64,000 nucleotides of DNA from contig JAWOCK010000038.1 of the NCBI GenBank assembly GCA_046483845.1, forward strand, positions 355 through 64,354, read 5' to 3'. Below, piece after piece: positions 9,351 through 18,845 of the stretch. Each line of letters starts with the position of its first letter. Position 1 is the stretch's first letter. A model generated the notes under the pieces. It saw only the letters and a program-made list of their open reading frames with translations, was not told the DNA's origin and made no database searches. Origin of the DNA: Thermoplasmatota archaeon (GTDB lineage: Archaea > Thermoplasmatota > Penumbrarchaeia > Penumbrarchaeales > Penumbrarchaeaceae). The translations under genes and the position numbers were made by a program.

Positions 9351-9789
9351 CCTGAAGATTGCATTCCATCCTTACTAGCATGTCAAGCAGCATCTCCCTT
9401 TCATCATCGGAGAAACCCCTGAGCACTATCTCGATCCAATCCTTCCTGGCTTCCAGCAGCTCTCCTTTCTTTTCCAGTGCCTTATCGGTCAGGTACACTC
9501 TGTAGGCACGCCTGTCCCCTTGGTCCCTTTCCCTCTTCACGAAACCCGCAACCTCCAGTTTGGTTATGGTCCTTGTTGTGGTTGCCTTGTCCACAAGCAT
9601 GTGGCGGGCGATCTCTTTCTCCGTTACACCATCCCCCCTGAACAGGAAGAGCATGGTCCCATAGGTACTGCCGTCTATGCCTACATGGAGCAGTCTCCAT
9701 GTCAGGTATGATCTGGTGTACTTGTTGATGTGGGAAAGCAGTCTGCCTATGGAATGCGGACCGCACTGGACATCCATGTAGTTGCGCAT
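9328..9789 (-). CDS. MarR family transcriptional regulator.
   Basis: A winged helix is evident in GDGVTEKEIARHMLVDKATTTRTITKLEVAGFVKRERDQGDRRAYRVYLTDKALE. Confidence 0.8.
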   Translation of the reverse strand: MRNYMDVQCGPHSIGRLLSHINKYTRSYLTWRLLHVGIDGSTYGTMLFLFRGDGVTEKEIARHMLVDKATTTRTITKLEVAGFVKRERDQGDRRAYRVYLTDKALEKKGELLEARKDWIEIVLRGFSDDEREMLLDMLVRMECNLQGGAEGGD

Positions 9790-9912
9790 GCAACCATAAT
9801 ATATATCGGTTGTGGACAGAAATGTGAAAGGTCCATCTAAACACTAAAATTATATTTATCCGTATACCTTTCACCTTTCAAAGGCATGTTATTCTTATAG
9901 AGGTGATACGAC

Positions 9913-10368
9913 GTGGGCGCCATTGGACAAGAGGAGAGTTTGGAAGAGGTACTAGCGCCTGTGTCGGATGTCTTTTCCGTTCTGACGGATATCAACCTTG
10001 CGCACAGCTGGGGGCAGACCGAAAAGGGGGTTATGGAGTTTCCCCAGGAAGCACGAATGAGGATCGGCCAGATCATTGACGTTCGACCCAAGGGAATGAA
10101 AGAAGAATGCAAGATGAAGTTGAAGGTGATCCACTACGACGGTTTCATCGAGATGGATGTGGTGGAGGGGCCCCTGTTCGGCACTCTCCGCTTTACGGTT
10201 GAGACACGGCCCTACGGCACTCTGCTGAAAGCGCACCTGGACTACAGGATAGAGAGAATGGGTTTCAACCTCAAGTGGAAGATGTCCGAGAAAAAGAAAT
10301 ACCATCAGTTGATGTCCGGTATCCTTTCCAATATCAAGGATTTCTCAGAGATGCGGACAAGGCAGTGA
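9913..10368 (+). CDS. SRPBCC (Bet v1/START/polyketide-cyclase-like) family protein.
   Basis: The 151-aa product has a GTG start with a GAGGTGA sequence 7 nt upstream. The fold assignment rests on length and hydrophobic beta-grip periodicity and is weaker than a motif-based call. Confidence 0.45.
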   Translation: MGAIGQEESLEEVLAPVSDVFSVLTDINLAHSWGQTEKGVMEFPQEARMRIGQIIDVRPKGMKEECKMKLKVIHYDGFIEMDVVEGPLFGTLRFTVETRPYGTLLKAHLDYRIERMGFNLKWKMSEKKKYHQLMSGILSNIKDFSEMRTRQ

Positions 10369-10369
10369 C

Positions 10370-11761
10370 TCACCCATCTATCTCTTCGATCCTTCTCTTC
10401 AGGAGCTCACCGAACTCCGAGCGTATCCTTTCCAGATCCTCCCTTTTTCGTGCCTCCACCGTCATCCTGATAACTGGTGATGTGTTGGAACATCTTATGA
10501 GCACCCAGCCTTCCTCCATGTTCACCCTGACACCATCCATATCATTGACCTTTCCGAACCTCTCCCTGAGCTCCCGGGTCAGCTTTGACACGACTTCGAA
10601 CTTGTTCCGGTCCGAGCACCTGAAGGCTGATGCGTCAGATCCGTAGCAGGGTACCTCGGATGCAAGCTCCGACAAGGGTCTCTCTTCTTTGGTCAGCATC
10701 CTTGCCACCTCCAGGGGAGCAGTGATGGCATCATCGAAGAGCACATGATGGGGTACGATCAGGTGCCCGGACCTCTCCACACCGAATATGGCTCCCGTTC
10801 GCTCGGCCTCCATGGTCAAATAGGTATGTCCCACCTTTATCCTCTTGACAGTGGCTCCCAGGGGCTCCAGCACATCCTCTACCGCCATGGATGACTCCAC
10901 GTTGGCAAGGACGAGGCCTCCCTGGTTCTCCTGAATGAGATTCTTTGCGATCAGTATACCCAGACGGTCTGTACCGAGGAAATCTCCTTTCTCGTCACAT
11001 ATTACCGCGCGGTCCCCGTCCCCGTCGAAGGCCACGCCGAAGTCAGCTCCCTTGCTCAACACCTGGTCACTTAGATCTCCCAGGTTTTCCGGCTTTGGTT
11101 CCGAAGGCCTGCTGGAGAAATAAGGATCCTCCTCCGAGTTAACACCCAGAACCCGTATTCCGCAGGCCCGGAGAACGGCTACTGCAGAAAGGCTCATGGC
11201 ACCTCCCCCGCAGTCAACCCCTGCGGAGATCCCACTATGCTCGAGCAGTGGAAGGTAACGCTCCTTCCAGAAATCGATATAAGTGCCCAGATGGTCCAAT
11301 TCGGAGAGCTCGCCGGCATTCCTCCAGTTCTCGCACCTGAACTCCTTTTCGACCACAATATCCCTTATCTTATCGATGTTTTCCTCCGGGAACCCTACAC
11401 CGTTCCCATAATACATCTTGAGACCGTTCCACTCGGGTTCGAGATGGGATGCGGTGATGAAACATGAGACATCCACTTCAGATGCCATCCCGGCATGGAG
11501 CGTGACACCGAACGCGCTCTTTCCTGTCGATATAACATCCACGCCGGTGGAAAGGAGGCCCGATACCAGTGCACTGTGGAACGCCGGTGATGTCCTTCGT
11601 ATATCATATCCTACCACTGCCCGGCCCATATTCAGCTCATCTCTCATCAGAGTGCCGAGACCCTTTCCGATGTCCAGGCAGATATCCACATCTATGTCCT
11701 CGTTCCAAATGCCCCTGATGTCGTATGCCCTGAATATATGCTCCATGGTCCGGCCCTCCAT
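10370..11761 (-). CDS. Phosphoglucomutase/phosphomannomutase family protein (archaeal GlmM/PMM-like).
   Basis: The N-terminus FRAYDIRG is present. The active-site loop reads TASHLEPEWNGLK, a TASHNP variant. The metal-binding loop reads GVAFDGDGDRAVI. Confidence 0.85.
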   Translation of the reverse strand: MEGRTMEHIFRAYDIRGIWNEDIDVDICLDIGKGLGTLMRDELNMGRAVVGYDIRRTSPAFHSALVSGLLSTGVDVISTGKSAFGVTLHAGMASEVDVSCFITASHLEPEWNGLKMYYGNGVGFPEENIDKIRDIVVEKEFRCENWRNAGELSELDHLGTYIDFWKERYLPLLEHSGISAGVDCGGGAMSLSAVAVLRACGIRVLGVNSEEDPYFSSRPSEPKPENLGDLSDQVLSKGADFGVAFDGDGDRAVICDEKGDFLGTDRLGILIAKNLIQENQGGLVLANVESSMAVEDVLEPLGATVKRIKVGHTYLTMEAERTGAIFGVERSGHLIVPHHVLFDDAITAPLEVARMLTKEERPLSELASEVPCYGSDASAFRCSDRNKFEVVSKLTRELRERFGKVNDMDGVRVNMEEGWVLIRCSNTSPVIRMTVEARKREDLERIRSEFGELLKRRIEEIDG

Positions 11762-11838
11762 ATGATAATGGAATTGATTATTTCATTCCTTTGGTCCCGG
11801 GGATGGATTGATATAAGATACTGGGATATTCGCAGAAC

Positions 11839-13140
11839 ATGAAAGAAGAGTTCCCCGTGCTGCAGGTGGCGCTCGACCTTATGCAGCTGAAGAGAGCCGT
11901 CCAGATAGGTTCGGAAGCCCTTGAGGGCGGTGCTGACTGGATCGAGGCCGGAACCCCATTGATAAAGAGCGAGGGAATGGATTCACTGAGAATATTGAGG
12001 AGAGAGTTCCCCGACCGCAGGATCGTGGCGGATATGAAGACCATGGATACTGGCGGTTTCGAGACCGAGATCGTTGCCAAGGCAGGTGCCACGGTCAACA
12101 CGGTCATGGGTGTGACCGATGACGGGACCATAAAGGAGGCTGTCAGAGCCGGCAGGAAGTACGGCTGCAGCATAATGGTGGACCTGATGGGGGTCGCCGA
12201 CAAGCCATCCAGGGGCGCAGAACTGGAAAAGATGGGGGCCGATTATCTCTGCATACACGTATCCATTGACGACCAGATGATGGGGAAGACCTTCACCAGG
12301 GAGGTCAAGGAACTATGCGACGCCGTCTCCATCCCTGTTGCGGTGGCCGGAGGAATAACATCGGAGACCGCCCATCTTATGCTGGAGGCCGGAGCTTCCA
12401 TCATAATCGTTGGAGGAGCGATAACCAAGAGCCCCAATGTCATCGAGGCCACCAGGGACATCAAGAAGGCCATGAAGGAAGTTAAACCGGTCGGATCCAG
12501 GTTCTACAAGAGATACTCTGATGATAAAGGGTTGAAGGAAGCCCTGATGCAGGTCTCAGCTCCCAACGTTGCTGATGCAATGCACAAGAAGGGAGCGATG
12601 GTGGGCATCCATCCCATCCGGCCAGGGCTCAAATGCGTGGGCCCCGCCTTTACCTGCCGGACGATAGACGGTGACTGGGCGAAGACAGTGGAGGCCATAG
12701 AGAAGGCCGCACCGGGAGATGTCATAGTGATAGATGCGGGTTCCAGGAACGTCTCTCCGTGGGGAGAGCTTGCCACATGGTCCTGCAGGATGAAAGGCAT
12801 ATCCGGCGTGGTGCTCGACGGCCCCGCCCGTGATGTGGACGATATAATGGAGATGGGGTTCCCCATTTTCTGCAGGAGCACCGCACCCAATGCAGGGGAG
12901 CCGAAGGGGTTCGGAGAACTTCAGGTCGAGATAGAATGCGGCAGCCTTTCCGTGAATCCCGGAGACTGGATCATTGCCGATGACTCCGGCGTGATGGTCA
13001 TACCCAGGGACAGGGTCGTCGAGGTAACCAACAGGGCACTTGATGTGAAGGAGAGGGAGAACAGGATCAGGGAGGAGATAAAGAGGGGATCCACCCTATC
13101 CGAGGTCATGGAACTGGAGAAATGGGAAAAAGAACAGTGA
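11839..13140 (+). CDS. Bifunctional fusion of a 3-hexulose-6-phosphate synthase (HPS, OMPDC-fold) N-domain with an RraA/DlpA-like C-domain.
   Basis: The N-terminal half reads VALDLMQLKRAV...WIEAGTPLIKSEGMDSLR...VAVAGGITSETAHLMLEAGASIIIVGGAI, which is HPS-like. The C-terminal half, with APNVADAMHKKGAMVGIHPIRPG...VIVIDAGS...GELATWSCRMKGISGVVLDGPARD, is RraA-like. Confidence 0.75.
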   Translation: MKEEFPVLQVALDLMQLKRAVQIGSEALEGGADWIEAGTPLIKSEGMDSLRILRREFPDRRIVADMKTMDTGGFETEIVAKAGATVNTVMGVTDDGTIKEAVRAGRKYGCSIMVDLMGVADKPSRGAELEKMGADYLCIHVSIDDQMMGKTFTREVKELCDAVSIPVAVAGGITSETAHLMLEAGASIIIVGGAITKSPNVIEATRDIKKAMKEVKPVGSRFYKRYSDDKGLKEALMQVSAPNVADAMHKKGAMVGIHPIRPGLKCVGPAFTCRTIDGDWAKTVEAIEKAAPGDVIVIDAGSRNVSPWGELATWSCRMKGISGVVLDGPARDVDDIMEMGFPIFCRSTAPNAGEPKGFGELQVEIECGSLSVNPGDWIIADDSGVMVIPRDRVVEVTNRALDVKERENRIREEIKRGSTLSEVMELEKWEKEQ

Positions 13141-13142
13141 GC

Positions 13143-14360
13143 TCAGATAACTTTCTCCATCACCGATAGAAGATCGTCGATGGCCTTCTTTGTTACATGT
13201 GGCATCACAACGAAACGAAGGGCACTTGGCTCTGCCACCTTTGAGATGTAGAAACCTCTCGATGAGAGTTCCTTCTGTACCCTTTCAGGTTTCTCATGCA
13301 AAACAGCCAGAACGTTCATCACGGGCTCCATTACCGGTTCGGCTCCCAGTTGGGATAATCCCTTCTTCAGGTAACGAGTGTTCTCCATGCATGAGCCCAC
13401 TATACGGACATAACCCTCCCTTCCCAGATACTTCATCAGAGAATAGGCCGCTGCCACGGACCCGGAGTCCCTTGTACCTGCAAGTGTGTATGCCTTGGAA
13501 CTCGTAAGGTATGGTGATCCGACTGCAAGATACCTGAGCGGGTTCCTTTCCCTGAAAAGGATGCATCCGGCGGGCATGGTGGAGCAACCCATCTTGTGAG
13601 GGTCCGTGCTCAGGCTGGTCACCCCCGGAACCGATAGATCCCAGGGACCAACGCGGGGGTCGTCCATTCCCATCTCGGCAAGGAAAGGGAGAACATAACC
13701 TCCGAAGGCTGCATCCACGTGGAGAGGTACATCACCCTTGATCTCGGAGATCGCATCAATGGGGTCCACCGCACCAAGCTCGGTGGTGCCGGCCACTGCA
13801 AGGACCATCAATGTATCATCCGACAGTTTATCCTCAAGGTCCGCAAGGTCCATTCTGTAATCTTCATCCAGTTCGACCGGGACAGGGTCCAGGTCCAGGA
13901 GCCTTACCGCCTTCAGGACGGAGAAATGAGCGGACATTGGGTAAAGGACCTCCTTTCCCGTTCCCTTCTTCTTGGAGAGATACATCGCCGTTATGTTGGC
14001 CTCTGTACCACCGGAGAGCACGTGGCCGCTGGCCCCCGGGAGATGAAAAAGTGACCCCAGCATGGATATCACCTCACTTTCCATCTCTGCAGTTCCGGGA
14101 CAAAGCCCCGGGTTCCCTAGGTTCGACTCCCTGAACCTCTGGTGTGTCTCCAGTGCCAGCAGATGCGGTGATGTGCACATGGACCCGAATATCCTGCCGG
14201 AGCCAAAGGATATGTTCTTGGATGCCTTATCCTTCAATAGGTCCTCTACCTCTTTGATGTCCATACCTTTTTCGTCCATTTGGAACACGCTTCGATCAAT
14301 GTTATGTGGGACCGGGATAAAGATCGAAGCACGATAAAAAGCATCGTGCTCCGAACTCAT
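13143..14360 (-). CDS. mfnA: L-tyrosine/L-aspartate decarboxylase MfnA (PLP-dependent group II decarboxylase).
   Basis: SGGTEANITAM, HVDAAFGGYVLPF and the PLP-lysine motif STDPHKMG are present. An alternative start at MDEKGMDIKEVEDLL (14279) matches MfnA N-termini better. Confidence 0.85.
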   Translation of the reverse strand: MSSEHDAFYRASIFIPVPHNIDRSVFQMDEKGMDIKEVEDLLKDKASKNISFGSGRIFGSMCTSPHLLALETHQRFRESNLGNPGLCPGTAEMESEVISMLGSLFHLPGASGHVLSGGTEANITAMYLSKKKGTGKEVLYPMSAHFSVLKAVRLLDLDPVPVELDEDYRMDLADLEDKLSDDTLMVLAVAGTTELGAVDPIDAISEIKGDVPLHVDAAFGGYVLPFLAEMGMDDPRVGPWDLSVPGVTSLSTDPHKMGCSTMPAGCILFRERNPLRYLAVGSPYLTSSKAYTLAGTRDSGSVAAAYSLMKYLGREGYVRIVGSCMENTRYLKKGLSQLGAEPVMEPVMNVLAVLHEKPERVQKELSSRGFYISKVAEPSALRFVVMPHVTKKAIDDLLSVMEKVI

Positions 14361-14753
14361 AACCCCCGACCCACGAGGTCAATTGTTCAATGAGTATTTA
14401 AAGGGTCGAATGACTGGAAGGAGAGTGTTTAAGACATGGACGATCCATCATCATAACACTCGACCGATATGGATCGCAGTTCACATCAATGTATCAGGGC
14501 GATTCATATATGGCTTTGGATCTCCTATACGATAAAGAATATCCTCATCAGGTGATCCGATCATGGCCCGGATCATCCGATACAGCCTAGAAAAACTTGA
14601 TAATGTATCCCTGATCTTCGAAAAATGAGAAATATCACAAAACTGTTATATATCTATCCGATTGCTTAAGCAGAAATATCGCGCGTTTTGAGGTGTTCTT
14701 GTTTGAGAAGGAAAAGGCTTCGCACGGGAAAGGATAACCCCACAAAGACCGAT

Positions 14754-15188
14754 ATGATAGCCAATGTCTTCTCGGAACATCCTCTAGACGCCCTTTCTCC
14801 TAAAATGATCTCCACGGAACTGGGGCTCGAGATAAAACTGGTGACCACCATAGTGAACAGGCTCAGGAACGAGGGAGTTATCGAGAGGGTAGGTTGGGGG
14901 AAATACCGCCTTTCCATTGACAGTAACATAGAAGAAGAGGTGCTGGAGAACATATCGGAGGATATGTACAGGATGACAGGTGTGATACTCGGTTCGGCTC
15001 CCTCGGGTTGGTTGAACGATTCCAATGGTTCCGGTTTCAAGAACCTTGTGAACGCCTATGCCAGAATAAGTGAGATCGGAGGGGATGTCATGGCCCAGAA
15101 CATTCTAAGACTTGCAGCCAGCAAGTCTCTACCCGATGACAAGGTCGATCCTCTCATGGTATCTGTCATGGAGGTGATCCGTAAATGA
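14754..15188 (+). CDS. Winged-helix DNA-binding protein, a putative regulator and first gene of the KaiC-like operon.
   Basis: The wHTH is ISTELGLEIKLVTTIVNRLRNEGVIERVGWGKYRL. The ORF track begins at TTG 14688 and ATG 14754 is the likelier start. TTATATAT at 14646-14653 is a TATA-like element. The stop overlaps the next gene as ATGA. Confidence 0.6.
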   Translation: MIANVFSEHPLDALSPKMISTELGLEIKLVTTIVNRLRNEGVIERVGWGKYRLSIDSNIEEEVLENISEDMYRMTGVILGSAPSGWLNDSNGSGFKNLVNAYARISEIGGDVMAQNILRLAASKSLPDDKVDPLMVSVMEVIRK

Positions 15189-15463
15189 TCCCGCCATCCA
15201 GTGAAGTGAGAGAAGGACCACACCCACTATCGGACGCGTACCAGAAGAGGCTGGACCCGCTCATCGGGATCCTCTCCAGGTTCATAGTGGAAAGGGCTTT
15301 CAAGAATTACGACGGAAAGGAGAGTGAGACCATGAAAGGCCTGATAGAGGATATCGCTGAAGAGGCGAAACTGCTGATCGGACCCATCAGGTCCGAGGAA
15401 CTGAAAGAAGAACTTATGACCATAACCAGAGAGTATTATCAGGAGGATGAACAATATGAATAA
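15185..15463 (+). CDS. Small acidic hypothetical protein of 92 aa.
   Basis: The ORF is translationally coupled to its neighbours by a 4-nt overlap upstream and an 8-nt overlap downstream. It has no recognisable domain. Confidence 0.45.
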   Translation: MIPPSSEVREGPHPLSDAYQKRLDPLIGILSRFIVERAFKNYDGKESETMKGLIEDIAEEAKLLIGPIRSEELKEELMTITREYYQEDEQYE

Positions 15464-16178
15464 AAGAATATCCACCCACATACCGGGACTGGATGAACTG
15501 ATCAATGGGGGTTTTCCGGACAGGACCATCAATTTGATAACCGGGCCCCCGGGAAGTGCAAAGTCACTTTTTGGTATGCAGTACATCTACAACGGTGCCA
15601 GACATGAGGACGAGCCAGGTATCTACCTTACCCTTGAGGAGAGCAGGGATTCGATATTGAGGGCAGCATCCAGCTTCGGCATTGACATGGAGACCTTCGA
15701 GAAGGAGGGAAAGAACTACCTGATAGACCTCGGCAAGATGCGGGTTGAGTGTTCCTCGGCCGAGGAACTGGAATGGGGCCTTGCCAGCTTCGAGACCCTC
15801 CAGGATTTCCTGAAGAACCACATCTCATTCAGCGGTGCAAAGAGACTTGTTCTGGATTCTGTAACAGCTGTGGGGGTCTATTACAAATCCAACGAACTGC
15901 TGAGGAGGGAGCTGTTCAAGTTCACACGTTTCCTGAAGGAAGCGAACATCACCACCCTTCTTATTTCCGAGGTGATCGGCGGTGGCGACTCCAGATACGG
16001 TATCGAGGAGTTCGTGGCCGATTCGCTGATAAAATTGGATTACGAAAGCACCTCGGGAGAATACAGGAGAACGCTTACCGTGAAGAAGATGAGGTTCACC
16101 AAACACGATCCTCTGAAGCATCCTTTTCTCATCATGGAAAACGGTATCGAGGTATCACCCGACGAGGTAATCGGATAA
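15456..16178 (+). CDS. KaiC-like single-domain RecA-superfamily ATPase.
   Basis: The sequence HIPGLDELINGGFPDRTINLITGPPGSAKSLFGMQYIYNG carries a Walker A motif. The Walker B region is RLVLDSVTAV. An AGGAGG sequence at 15441-15446 lies 9 nt upstream of ATG 15456. The ATG at 15447 is also in frame. Confidence 0.85.
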   Translation: MNKRISTHIPGLDELINGGFPDRTINLITGPPGSAKSLFGMQYIYNGARHEDEPGIYLTLEESRDSILRAASSFGIDMETFEKEGKNYLIDLGKMRVECSSAEELEWGLASFETLQDFLKNHISFSGAKRLVLDSVTAVGVYYKSNELLRRELFKFTRFLKEANITTLLISEVIGGGDSRYGIEEFVADSLIKLDYESTSGEYRRTLTVKKMRFTKHDPLKHPFLIMENGIEVSPDEVIG

Positions 16179-16184
16179 CCGGGA

Positions 16185-18257
16185 GTGAACTGCTTGAACG
16201 ATGTGGAACTCTACGGAGAGCTGATCGGTATCTTCGTCAAGAAGATGACCAGTCCGGAGATAGGTCAGTTCAGACTGGAGACCTCCTCATTCAGGATCAT
16301 ACTGGAGAGAGCACGTGTGCAAAGGCCGGTGCTTATCAAGTTCACCCTGACCGAGAGCGGAAGGATCGTGAACAACCTTGATGATGACGATGATGCACTG
16401 AATGCTCTAAAAGCACTGCTTAAAAGGTCCATGGACTTCATATCTTCCCTTATAGGCGAGGAGCTGGCGAAGGATATCATAATAAACTCCATGAAGGACG
16501 CCACCAAAGATATCGCGGATGAGGTGAGGAACAATGAAAGGTTCCTCTCCTTTGTTCCCGAACCCTTCGACCTGGTTCTGAAGGAGAACTTCAGAAGAAC
16601 AAAGGGGTCCAGGGACCATGAGGGGCTCCTTGAGGTATTCGAGGACATCTTCCACTCCTACCTGAGGGACCTCTCGCAGCACACTGACCTTTCCGCGTTC
16701 AAGCTGAAACTCTCCATACTGAGGGAAGATTACGAACTTCTGAGACACATGGAGTTCAAGGGGAACAACACCGTGGAGTTCGACATGGAGCACTGGTCAA
16801 AGGAAACGGATGAGGCGGTGAGCGAGGCATTGGTGGTTGCCTTCAACTCCCTGGTAGGTCTGTCCACGTTCCTTCTGGGAAAAGAAGAAGCAGTGAAGAA
16901 GGCCACAAGGATCTTTCAGTACTATTTCGAAGGGCAGGATGAACTGCTCGAGAGGTACGACCTCACCGACAACCTCCTCGAAGGAGCCCTCTACCTGAAG
17001 ATATCCACAGGGATCGATGAACTGGACAGCAGGATCGGAGGCGGGATAACCAAAGGGGATTCCATACTCTTCATCTCACCATCGGGGATAGAGAGGGACA
17101 TATTCACCTCCGGACTGCTGACCCAGGGACTCAAGGGAGGTTCATCTGTATTGATGGTCATCTCAAAGGAGCCTCCCCGTTCCATACGAATGCTGCTCAG
17201 ATCGCAGGGACTCAATGCTGACCAGCTCGAAGAGGAGGGCGACCTGCGGATAGTGGACTGGTTCTCTTGGAGGGGAGAGCGGATCATCGGTGTCGAAAAG
17301 GAAGGACATGCACTCAAATCCTCCAAGATACTGTCCAATCTGGGCATTGCCATAAACAAAGGTCTGAGAGAACTCAGTTTCTCCACCAACAAGATAGCCT
17401 TCGTTCACGTGATAGGTCCGGCGATGAACATATTCGAGTTCAACCAGGTCTATAATTTCATACAGAGGCTCAGGGCCAAGTTCAAGGAGGAGGAGATGGC
17501 CTCTATCTTCATTCTCGAATCGGAGACCATGAACCAGGAGAGAAAGAGCAGGATAATGGAGGTCTTCGACGGTGTGATAGAGCTCAGGAAGCAGACGGAA
17601 AAGGGAAAGATCCGGAGGGAGCTTTCGGTCGTTTCCATGTCCAATATCGACTTCGATCCCGGCCCCATACCTTTCATGATCAGGGATAACCGGATCGTGA
17701 CCAGTAAAGAGGCGAAGGAAGAGGAGCATCCGCCGGAGAAAAAGAAAGAATCGGTCGGGAAGGGGCATCCATCCGAGGATGCCGCCGAAAAGGAAAAGGT
17801 CAGACCGAAGAGGATCATAAAGAAAAGGGTGGCAGATGGAAAGAAGAGGTCGTCAACTCCAAGGGCAAGAGATAAAAAAACAATTATGCCAACCGAGAAC
17901 GATGTCATACTCCTGAAGGAGGCCGATAAGGAGGAAAGAGCATCCAGGAAGCGCGGAACCGGGATAGGACCAAAAGTGATCGTCAAGAAGAAAAAGGCAG
18001 AAAAAAATGAAAAGGGCGTCACCCCTGCGGAGAAGAATGTACGGGACAAAGAGAAAAAGGTCAGGAAAAAGATAGTAAGAAGGATCATCTCAAGCCCCAA
18101 GCATAGTGGAGGGAAAGGATCGGAAAGGTACGATAACGGTTCTCAGGAGGAGATCATCAATGAGGCGATTGCCACCATCGACGAGCTCCTTGACAGTTCG
18201 GAGTCCGCTCTCGACCAGGAGAATATCTCAAGATATCCCAAGAAAAGGACAAAATAA
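16185..18257 (+). CDS. Multidomain protein of 690 aa: an N-terminal helical domain, a KaiC/RecA-like domain with a degenerate P-loop, and a Lys/Glu-rich polybasic tail.
   Basis: The KaiC-like core GIDELDSRIGGGITKGDSILFISPSGIERDIFTSG lacks the GKS/T lysine. The C-terminal 190 aa is low-complexity K/E/R-rich, containing KKKESVGKG, KRIIKKRVADGKKR and KVIVKKKKAEKNEKG. Confidence 0.65.
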   Translation: MNCLNDVELYGELIGIFVKKMTSPEIGQFRLETSSFRIILERARVQRPVLIKFTLTESGRIVNNLDDDDDALNALKALLKRSMDFISSLIGEELAKDIIINSMKDATKDIADEVRNNERFLSFVPEPFDLVLKENFRRTKGSRDHEGLLEVFEDIFHSYLRDLSQHTDLSAFKLKLSILREDYELLRHMEFKGNNTVEFDMEHWSKETDEAVSEALVVAFNSLVGLSTFLLGKEEAVKKATRIFQYYFEGQDELLERYDLTDNLLEGALYLKISTGIDELDSRIGGGITKGDSILFISPSGIERDIFTSGLLTQGLKGGSSVLMVISKEPPRSIRMLLRSQGLNADQLEEEGDLRIVDWFSWRGERIIGVEKEGHALKSSKILSNLGIAINKGLRELSFSTNKIAFVHVIGPAMNIFEFNQVYNFIQRLRAKFKEEEMASIFILESETMNQERKSRIMEVFDGVIELRKQTEKGKIRRELSVVSMSNIDFDPGPIPFMIRDNRIVTSKEAKEEEHPPEKKKESVGKGHPSEDAAEKEKVRPKRIIKKRVADGKKRSSTPRARDKKTIMPTENDVILLKEADKEERASRKRGTGIGPKVIVKKKKAEKNEKGVTPAEKNVRDKEKKVRKKIVRRIISSPKHSGGKGSERYDNGSQEEIINEAIATIDELLDSSESALDQENISRYPKKRTK

Positions 18258-18294
18258 ATATGTTGACCTCATTACATATTCCCGGTGTGCGTTG

Positions 18295-18789
18295 ATGCCG
18301 GGATCATATGAAGATAACGAAGGGTACAGGGACAGCAGGATGAGCATGGATGATGGTACCTTCTCGGTGAACTGCTCCGGCTGCACCGGTGCGGCGGACC
18401 TGGGGAGCAGGGAATGCTTCAACTGCATATCCGCAATGCTGGTGCCCGGTTTCAACGGGCCGTTGGTCCTGAGGGGCCACATTGACAGGAGGTACCACGG
18501 TCATGTCACCGATATCATCTTCGAGCATTCCGACATCCTGAGGACCATCAGGTCCATGAGGGAGGTCCGGGGTTTGGGCCTTTTCTACGGTATGAAGGTC
18601 AAAAAGGTCTCGCTCAGGATGGAGGAGCTGTTCCTCAAGGACCTGGGGCTCCTTGTCAGGGAGAAGAAGATGTTGCTCAGGGGATTTTCCGGCTCCAAGA
18701 GGAATAAGAGGACGCATGATCTAATGGAGGGCATCATCAAACGCTCCGATCTGCTGATGCGAAGGCTCGCGAGGGAGGTTGAGGTCTGA
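18295..18789 (+). CDS. Cys-rich hypothetical protein with a putative zinc ribbon.
   Basis: CSGCTG(x10)CFNC lies near the N-terminus. The ATG at 18295 is the first start after the upstream stop. The ORF track's longer version from 18106 overlaps the preceding gene. Confidence 0.45.
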   Translation: MPGSYEDNEGYRDSRMSMDDGTFSVNCSGCTGAADLGSRECFNCISAMLVPGFNGPLVLRGHIDRRYHGHVTDIIFEHSDILRTIRSMREVRGLGLFYGMKVKKVSLRMEELFLKDLGLLVREKKMLLRGFSGSKRNKRTHDLMEGIIKRSDLLMRRLAREVEV

Positions 18790-18845
18790 AAGAGCTTTCG
18801 GACCCCGGGACCAATGATTTATATCCTGTCCCCTTTTCCGGTCCC

